Virus record (IMG/VR): IMGVR_UViG_3300032516_000005
DNA: 64,000 nucleotides
Reading direction: 5' to 3' (one strand)
Origin: a virus
This document shows, in pieces, positions 57,869 through 64,000 of this stretch (position 1 is the stretch's first letter; the number at the start of each line of letters is the position of its first letter). The position numbers and the translations under genes were made by a program. Below the pieces are notes generated by a model. That model saw nothing but the letters and a program-made list of their open reading frames with translations. It searched no databases and was not told where the DNA came from.

Positions 57869-58240
57869 ATGGCAAAGCAAGACAAGCCCGACATGTTCAA
57901 CCTGGGTCCCGAACCCGATGACGACCAGGACCAGGGCAGCGTCGACTACGTGCTGCTCCAGCTGATCACTGCCGAGGGCTGGCGCGTCGTGCTCGACGAC
58001 CCGACACCGGGTGGCACAGGCACCCGGACGCTTGGCCTCGCGTGCTTCGCACTCGTCGAGATCGTTCCCGATGAACCAGGTGTGGCACCGGAGCGGATGA
58101 TCCGGCCGATGGTCGCGAATGAGGAAGGTAACGTCGAAGACGTCGCGTTCCTCGAAGAGTTCATCTGCCTCGTGCCGCCAGGTACGGAGCTGAAGCAGCA
58201 CGTCGAGTACGCCATCCGCAAGCGAGACGCGGCCAAGTAG
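57869..58240 (+). CDS. Acidic hypothetical protein
   Basis: 123 aa; LACFAL resembles PVACW of 44615..44875. Confidence 0.65.
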   Translation: MAKQDKPDMFNLGPEPDDDQDQGSVDYVLLQLITAEGWRVVLDDPTPGGTGTRTLGLACFALVEIVPDEPGVAPERMIRPMVANEEGNVEDVAFLEEFICLVPPGTELKQHVEYAIRKRDAAK

Positions 58241-59148
58241 TGGCGCTTCGAAGCAAGCCGCCGGCAAATCCAATGCCAGACACCCAAGCGCGTCGACGCG
58301 AGCTGTTCTCGCTCGAACGGATGTCGCTCGGGTGGCCCTGGCACGAACCCAAGAACGCTGCAGGGCTCGCCTGCGAGCTGGTTCGATGGACAACGCCATC
58401 GCCCGTATGGGCGCCCGGTGACTCTCCTGAGGCACGTGCCGTCGACGCGGCGAACGACGCCGAGGAACCCGTCGGCGGGGATCCCTATCGCGATGCAGGC
58501 GCGCAGCGCGTCTGCGTCGATCTGCCGGCGGTCACCGAAGCACGATTTGCGATCGTGCACGCCATGTCGTTCGTAGCCGCCTACGCCAAGGACGAGCCGA
58601 TCCTTGTGCCCGCAGATTGGGGGTTGATCGACGACCCCGCGGACAAGCGGCTCTACTGGTACGCGCCTGAGCTAGGCAAGCATGCGGTCGCCGCGTGCCA
58701 AGCTGCCGCCGAGGCGATTCGGTTCAGCGTCGTTGAGCCCACACGCAAGAAAGTGGGTGGCCTGGAGAAGTTCACGACGCCGAGTCGTGAGATCAACTTG
58801 CTGTGTCATCGTTGGCAAGCAGCAGGGACAGCCGCGCAGCATGCCGTCGAGTTCCTGCGCAAGTTCGCGACAGGTAATCCAACGGTGGGCGCGATCGACG
58901 GTGCCGGCGGCGGCATCTTGAACCGCATCGGTTTCACGTTAGCGCACAACGCCGCGCAACCGACCGAAGAGATCACCGGCCGAATGTTCCATTGGCGTGT
59001 CCGCGATGCGCTCAAGGGCAGGACGTTGCCGCCTGAGATGGATGCGAACCTGCGACCGGCGTTCGAGGCCGCATGGAGCGCGGGGGAGTATTCGTTCGCG
59101 TATTCGCTCCTGACCGACCTGGACACGCTGGTAGAATCGTACGTGTGA
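58240..59148 (+). CDS. Hypothetical protein
   Basis: 302 aa, TAGTG overlap. Confidence 0.65.
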   Translation: MALRSKPPANPMPDTQARRRELFSLERMSLGWPWHEPKNAAGLACELVRWTTPSPVWAPGDSPEARAVDAANDAEEPVGGDPYRDAGAQRVCVDLPAVTEARFAIVHAMSFVAAYAKDEPILVPADWGLIDDPADKRLYWYAPELGKHAVAACQAAAEAIRFSVVEPTRKKVGGLEKFTTPSREINLLCHRWQAAGTAAQHAVEFLRKFATGNPTVGAIDGAGGGILNRIGFTLAHNAAQPTEEITGRMFHWRVRDALKGRTLPPEMDANLRPAFEAAWSAGEYSFAYSLLTDLDTLVESYV

Positions 59149-59411
59149 GGGACGAGACGTTGAAGGATGAGGCGCTTGCACGCATCATGGCGAGCGGTGT
59201 CCTGCCCGGCCAACGCTGGCGGCACAGCAAGACCGGATCGGTCTACCAGGTGATCGCTGTCGGACTCAACGAAGCGGATCTAGAGCCGTTGGTTCACTAT
59301 CGCGTCGCCGACGACGTATACGCCACGGTGTGGTCACGGCCTCTCGGCATCTTCTGCGGCCGGGCATTGCACGATGGCGCACTCGTGCAGCGTTTCGAGC
59401 AGGTTGACTAA
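59145..59411 (+). CDS. DUF1653 protein
   Basis: WRHSKTG..Y.V...E...V.Y...W.RP...F...RF. Confidence 0.8.
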   Translation: MRDETLKDEALARIMASGVLPGQRWRHSKTGSVYQVIAVGLNEADLEPLVHYRVADDVYATVWSRPLGIFCGRALHDGALVQRFEQVD

Positions 59412-60142
59412 GTCTTGACGCCGACGGCGTACGCGAGCGACCACGGCAACTTGACCAGGCCGTCAACGATCTCGACGTCGAAGTGCTCGTAGATGGCGGC
59501 GAGAACCTGCGCTTCGCTTGCTTTGGCCATGCCTAGAAGGCCTTGGCAGAACCGCGCCATCTCGTCGGTGGACGTGAACACCCAGTGCAGATGATGCGTC
59601 TGCTCGACGACAGCAACGCAGCCCGCGGCCGTAAGCAGCTCGTGACATTCACCGGGACGCAAGAACACGCCACGGTGACCGGCCATTGTGTAGACGTCCA
59701 CGGGACCGTTCAGGAAGCGTGCGACAGGCGTATCGACGATGACTTCACTGATTGCGAGCCGACCGTCAGGCTTGAGCACACGTACCGCTTCACGTAGGCC
59801 GATGAGTCTATCGGGGAGGTGATGCAGCCCGACCATGTTGCTGAAGCGATCCACAGAGGCGTCTGGCAGAGGCAGTTTCGACGGTTGGCAACAATGCACC
59901 GTGTACGCGGAGTTGATTGCAGCCGCGAACCGCGGTGACGGCTCCACGCAGATGAGCTGCTTGCGGTTGACGATGTTCGTGACGCCGTCTGCGAGGTAAC
60001 CACACCACGCAGGTGCGTCGCAGACGACGTGGTGAGGCTCGATCGCGAGCAGATCGAGCATGACCTGGCGCTCTTCGGCACGCGCACGAGGATTGACCGG
60101 GTCAGATCGATCGTAGAGTTCACGACGCGTCTGCGGAAGCAT
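59408..60142 (-). CDS. Class I SAM-dependent methyltransferase
   Basis: VCDAPAWCGYL, LPLPDASVD, LHH, RVLKPDGRL. Confidence 0.8.
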   Translation of the reverse strand: MLPQTRRELYDRSDPVNPRARAEERQVMLDLLAIEPHHVVCDAPAWCGYLADGVTNIVNRKQLICVEPSPRFAAAINSAYTVHCCQPSKLPLPDASVDRFSNMVGLHHLPDRLIGLREAVRVLKPDGRLAISEVIVDTPVARFLNGPVDVYTMAGHRGVFLRPGECHELLTAAGCVAVVEQTHHLHWVFTSTDEMARFCQGLLGMAKASEAQVLAAIYEHFDVEIVDGLVKLPWSLAYAVGVKT

Positions 60143-60158
60143 CGCTACTTGTTGTGAA

Positions 60159-60542
60159 CTAGGCGGGGTTATACGTGTCAGCTTGACCTGGCCCGACGAT
60201 CGCGTGGGGATTCCAGAACAGGACATTGATCTCGGTGCCTGGCTTGCCGTTGTTCGTGAGCTGCACGTGAACGGTCTGGGTCGTCGAGTCGAAGTAGGGC
60301 TCGCCCTGGGTGATGTCCGTCCACCGCGCCAAAGGCGCGAGCGGGATGACGTGTACGCGCGACGCTGGGAGTGTGCCGTTGGGAGGCGCTATCGCTGCCG
60401 TGACACCCAGTGACGGCTCGTTCGGCGACTGTCCTGCGAAGCTCTTGCTTACCTGCATCAAGCCTGTATCGATGTCGTTGATGCCGGCACCGAGCGTGAT
60501 CCTTTGACGGCTCCACAGAAGCGCACCGGCTTTACGTGACAT
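60159..60542 (-). CDS. Beta-rich protein, paralogue of 19766..20173
   Basis: Extensive identity by eye. Confidence 0.75.
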   Translation of the reverse strand: MSRKAGALLWSRQRITLGAGINDIDTGLMQVSKSFAGQSPNEPSLGVTAAIAPPNGTLPASRVHVIPLAPLARWTDITQGEPYFDSTTQTVHVQLTNNGKPGTEINVLFWNPHAIVGPGQADTYNPA

Positions 60543-60558
60543 ACCCAGGACAATACAT

Positions 60559-60574
60559 GATCGCGTGCGCGATC
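60559..60574 (-). promoter_or_regulatory. GATC-box with downstream -10
   Basis: GATCGCGCACGCGATC-ATG-TATTGT-N7-ATG. Confidence 0.8.
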
Positions 60575-60698
60575 GTTAGATCAAGCGTCGACGTCTCGCC
60601 GCGGGTGGTATGCGCCGGTCGAGAGCTGTTGGTCGTCGCTCATCGCGGGGTAGCGCGCGTTACGGTTCCTGGCAGCGTGCACGAAGCATGTCGCGATT

Positions 60699-61478
60699 CT
60701 ACGCTGCAATCGCCGCGACGTCGTGATCGAACCGTGCGAGGTCGAATCCGTTCGGTGCATGCCGCATCTGTGTGACCCACAGATCATCGACGGCGAACCA
60801 TGCTTCGTCGATGTAGAGGTCATCCCACGCGTACGTGATGTCCGTCTTGTGGATCCACGGCATCGCGCCCCATCGACCACGTTGGTGCTTGGTCAGGATG
60901 AACGCGTGGCCGCCAGCCGAGCCCGGTGCTTCATCAGACTGTCGCTGACCGACAGGGCTGACATCCCAACTCGATCCCTGACGGCCGATCGATGCAGGCA
61001 AGCTCGCACCGATGATCACCGAACCGAATAGGTGTAGTGCTGCGCGCATCTCCAACGTGTCGTTGTGGTTCACGCGGCCGAACCCGCGCAGCTTGTACTG
61101 ACCGTCCCTGAATCCGACTTTGCGGAGCTGCGTGAGCGCGTTGACGATCGTGTCGCCCCGATCGCTTCCCGAGCCCGGCACGCCGTCCCAACCTGTTCCG
61201 TCCTTGTAGGCCTTCAGGACATCGTCGGCCTGCAGATCGCACTTCACGCCGAGCAGCGCGCAACGTTGCTGCACGATGTGCCCGTAGCACGCACGCGTGC
61301 AGTTACCGGCGCGATCGTTGCCCAGGAACGTGTAGTCGCTTGTCGGGCCGGTCCAGTCGTCGATCGGCGGCGGCGCGGTGTAGCCCAGCGTTGACTCGTT
61401 GGCTGCGTAACGCGCGAACCACGGTGCCCGCCGATCGCGCGGTGAGATCGCCGCGCGCCCGAGCTTGCCGATCTGCAT
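60699..61478 (-). CDS. Papain-like (C1-type) cysteine peptidase
   Basis: LGNDRAGNCT.A..H, GGHA, W..., DEAW. Confidence 0.65.
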   Translation of the reverse strand: MQIGKLGRAAISPRDRRAPWFARYAANESTLGYTAPPPIDDWTGPTSDYTFLGNDRAGNCTRACYGHIVQQRCALLGVKCDLQADDVLKAYKDGTGWDGVPGSGSDRGDTIVNALTQLRKVGFRDGQYKLRGFGRVNHNDTLEMRAALHLFGSVIIGASLPASIGRQGSSWDVSPVGQRQSDEAPGSAGGHAFILTKHQRGRWGAMPWIHKTDITYAWDDLYIDEAWFAVDDLWVTQMRHAPNGFDLARFDHDVAAIAA

Positions 61479-61480
61479 GA

Positions 61481-61870
61481 CTAGATGTCGCCTGCTGAAG
61501 TCTTGAACGTTGCGTTGCCAGCTTCCTCGCGACGGAACCGTTCGAGTGTGTTGTATGCGTTCCAGCTGTCAGCCTGGGGCGGCGGGGCAGTCCGGTTGCC
61601 GAGGTAGCTCTGGACGATCTCAGCGAGCGCGCAGCCGCCGATGGCCTTGCCGGCGTTCTTCGCGCGTTGGTAGATCGCGGCCCAGTCCGGCATCTGTCCG
61701 CTGAGCAGCGTCTTGAATTCAGCGATGAGCGATGTGATCTGATCACGGTTCTGGACGGTGCAGTCAACGACCGCACTGATCACGATGGGACCCGGACCTG
61801 GTCCGGGGCAGCCGAGTTGGGGCGCACCGAGACCGAGAGCGAAGACGAGGACGATCAGGAAACGCTTCAT
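61481..61870 (-). CDS. Putative lipoprotein or secreted protein
   Basis: MKR + hydrophobic stretch + QLGC, PGPGPGP. Confidence 0.65.
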   Translation of the reverse strand: MKRFLIVLVFALGLGAPQLGCPGPGPGPIVISAVVDCTVQNRDQITSLIAEFKTLLSGQMPDWAAIYQRAKNAGKAIGGCALAEIVQSYLGNRTAPPPQADSWNAYNTLERFRREEAGNATFKTSAGDI

Positions 61871-61888
61871 GCGCCCGAGCGTATCATC

Positions 61889-61904
61889 GATCGCGGACGC
61901 GATC
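61889..61904 (-). promoter_or_regulatory. GATC-box with downstream -10
   Basis: GATCGCGTCCGCGATC-GATGA-TACGCT-N7-ATG. Confidence 0.8.
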
Positions 61905-61934
61905 GACGTGATCAGTTACGATGGGTTGCTGTGA

Positions 61935-62738
61935 TCATCGTCGTGCTCTTCGTCGTCGCTGTTGCGCTTCTGCTCGCCGCCGCAAAGGGCCTGGAGCGCT
62001 GAGCTGCGTCGTCGCGTGACGTCCGAAGAAGTACCAGAGTACGCCGGCTGAAGCGATTGCCGTTCCGGTCATCGCGACGAGCGGCACCACGAATGCCGGC
62101 AACGGTTTCTTGACGGGTGTGACGACGGCCGGACCGATTTCGATGCCAGGTCCTCGTGCGCCGATCCGCTTCAGGGCTGCGACCGCGGCATTGAGCACGA
62201 AGACGTCGTTCTGCACCAAAGGATCAGCGAGAACGCGGAGTGTTGTGGTCGCTTCGGTGCGGATGTTGTCTGCCGTCGTGTTTGAGATCAGCTGCGCCAT
62301 CCCGTTGATGAGCTGAACCAGCACGCTACCGTCGGTTTCTGCGCGTGCTGCCGTCGACATCTGCAGAATCGCTGCATCAGGGCTAAGCGCACCGACCTCG
62401 GCGAGCTTCTGTGCAGCGATGCGGCGTACCTCAGCTTCGTTGCGATCGATGCCGCCTGCCATGCCCATGGCGCGCCAGCCCAGGAGCTTCCGTGCGATGT
62501 CGAACAACAGGCGATTGTCGCCGTCATCGAGGAACGAGAGCTTTTCGATGTTGCGGAGGACAGCGAGCGGTTCGTTGCCGATCACGGTGCTCGTGCAGAA
62601 CAGGTTGTTGCTGGCCCCACCGTCATCGTTTGTGAAGCCGTTGTTGGCCTGCAGGCGCAAGCAACGTTCGACGCGCGTGTTCAGGTCAACCAGTTCTGTG
62701 CTGGCTGCGCCGAATCCGGTATGCGTCGTGAACAGCAT
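61935..62738 (-). CDS. Membrane-anchored protein with MLFTTHTGFG leader
   Basis: C-terminal TM and Arg tail; TAGATG junction. Confidence 0.7.
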   Translation of the reverse strand: MLFTTHTGFGAASTELVDLNTRVERCLRLQANNGFTNDDGGASNNLFCTSTVIGNEPLAVLRNIEKLSFLDDGDNRLLFDIARKLLGWRAMGMAGGIDRNEAEVRRIAAQKLAEVGALSPDAAILQMSTAARAETDGSVLVQLINGMAQLISNTTADNIRTEATTTLRVLADPLVQNDVFVLNAAVAALKRIGARGPGIEIGPAVVTPVKKPLPAFVVPLVAMTGTAIASAGVLWYFFGRHATTQLSAPGPLRRRAEAQQRRRRARR

Positions 62739-63683
62739 CTAGTAACCGCTCTCTTCGCTTTCGTCGCTCTCGCTGGAAGATGTGTGCGTGCGTGCGTAGG
62801 CGCGCGGGAGCCTGGATGATCCACCGCGTTGGTTGCGATACAGGTAGTACCCAGCCGTGCCCGCGACGCCGAGCACTGCAAGCACGCCGATCACGGTGAA
62901 GATGCTGCGGTTGGATGTGCCGGGTACGTTGGTGCTGGGACGACCCGCCTGGACGTCAGGGAACTTGTTCAGCGCGAGTTCAGCGCACTTGAACCGGACG
63001 TCAGCGTCATCGCTGTTGGCGCCGATGCACGAATCGAGGAGGCCCTTCAGCGTCCGTTCGTCAGACTCGACCTCGGCTTGACGTGCAAGCGCAGCAGCTG
63101 TTGCAGCTTGATTCGCCGCGATGTCCGCAGCAGCTTGCGTCTTGCCGAAGACCGAGATGATCACGGCACCTGTGATTGCGACCACTGAGATGATGAAGAT
63201 CGCGACAAGCACGGGCGGGAGACCCAGACCGTTGGCGTAGTAGTACGGTGCGTACTCACCCAACGTGATTCGACGAGGCTTGCCGACAGGGCCAACGATG
63301 AGCCTGATCGCGCCGGGATTGAACGTGCTACCGAATCCGTTGGCAGCCAAGTCGCTCGGATCGAACGCAGGCACGGACTCGGGCACGGCGTCAGGATCGG
63401 GCAACTGGTCACGGGGCACGCCAGCGCGCGCGATCAACCAGAAGTTGGCCGCTTCTGTGTAGGCCACTTGCGCGGCGTTGTAGCGCTGCAGCATCGACTT
63501 CAGCGCCGCAGGTGCAGGCTTCCCCGCGTCCTTGAACGCCGTCAGGATGAAAACGTATCGCCCGAAGCTGTTGCGCAGCGACGTCTCTGCTACCGCGAGT
63601 GACTGGCCGCGCGCGGTCAGCGAAGGAAGCTGCGCCTGCTCCGGTGGGGCGCCGAAGCCGGCTGATGTCGTCGCGATAAGCAT
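62739..63683 (-). CDS. Two-TM protein with MLIATTSAGFG leader
   Basis: Two hydrophobic helices; AGFG, NGFG, NGLG motifs. Confidence 0.7.
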   Translation of the reverse strand: MLIATTSAGFGAPPEQAQLPSLTARGQSLAVAETSLRNSFGRYVFILTAFKDAGKPAPAALKSMLQRYNAAQVAYTEAANFWLIARAGVPRDQLPDPDAVPESVPAFDPSDLAANGFGSTFNPGAIRLIVGPVGKPRRITLGEYAPYYYANGLGLPPVLVAIFIISVVAITGAVIISVFGKTQAAADIAANQAATAAALARQAEVESDERTLKGLLDSCIGANSDDADVRFKCAELALNKFPDVQAGRPSTNVPGTSNRSIFTVIGVLAVLGVAGTAGYYLYRNQRGGSSRLPRAYARTHTSSSESDESEESGY

Positions 63684-63700
63684 GCGGACATTCAACCATT

Positions 63701-63746
63701 GATCGCTGACACGATCAAGGTAACCGACTCGATCGCGCACGCGATC
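63701..63746 (-). promoter_or_regulatory. Tandem GATC-boxes, starts 30 bp apart
   Basis: GATCGCTGACACGATC (63701-63716) and GATCGCGCACGCGATC (63731-63746); on the minus strand followed by AATGG-TTGAAT-N6-ATG. Confidence 0.75.
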
Positions 63747-63893
63747 CGGTGTACCGTCAAGTCATGGCGCACACCGTAGAAACGCGAGCTTTGACGGCGT
63801 TCATCAAGAGCCGGAACATGATGTTTGCGCGAGCACCGCTCACGTTGCAACGCTTGATCGGGTTGCTGCAGTTGCCATCGAACACCTAGCGGT

Positions 63894-64000
63894 TTACGGT
63901 TTTGCGAAGAGGCGCGAGCCGCTCGCCGTCGCGCCGACGATGTCGAACGTCTGCGCGCCACCCTGGACAGCAGCCCACGTCGTCACGATCGGCGTATCGC
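63894..64000 (-). CDS. 3' end of a gene entering from outside the window
   Basis: ...TTWAAVQGGAQTFDIVGATASGSRLFAKP-stop. Confidence 0.45.
   Translation of the reverse strand, partial: DTPIVTTWAAVQGGAQTFDIVGATASGSRLFAKP

Noticed and set aside
61935-63683. GF motif as a type IV prepilin cleavage site
   Set aside because: No hydrophobic helix or Glu+5 directly after G-F and no basic leader

Overview
High-GC, gene-dense segment of a large dsDNA bacterial virus (or provirus). No rRNA, tRNA or CRISPR array is visible, and no capsid, terminase, portal or integrase is recognisable here. Layout: (i) 1-12 kb, leftward early-type genes, including an operon for an intein-containing MoxR-type AAA+ ATPase and a HExxH-peptidase-VWA protein, plus a SNF2 helicase; (ii) 12-16.6 kb, rightward small genes, one split by a 2,150-bp IS1595-family (ISSod11-like) element carrying three passenger genes; (iii) 16.6-26 kb and 59.4-64 kb, late or virion-like genes (membrane-anchored proteins, very basic small proteins, C39 and papain-like peptidases, an SLT transglycosylase, a GP88-like protein with an intein); (iv) 26.8-41.3 kb, a replication and nucleotide operon (Dam-like MTase, Tmk, DinG, UDG-PolA fusion, class II RNR, SSB-like protein, AAA_24, Cas4-like nuclease, SNF2); (v) 41.6-59.4 kb, rightward genes (intein-containing P-loop helicase, truncated ThyX, Prim-Pol, GIY-YIG, SLOG and others). 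Two signals stand out. First, a 16-bp GATC-N8-GATC palindrome recurs in intergenic DNA just upstream of -10 elements of the late-type genes, in a virus encoding its own Dam-like methylase. Second, a [G/Q/S]-[F/L]-G motif recurs in the basic and membrane proteins next to a membrane-anchored C39 protease, suggesting a maturation-protease system. All family assignments come from motif recognition by eye, not database searches.
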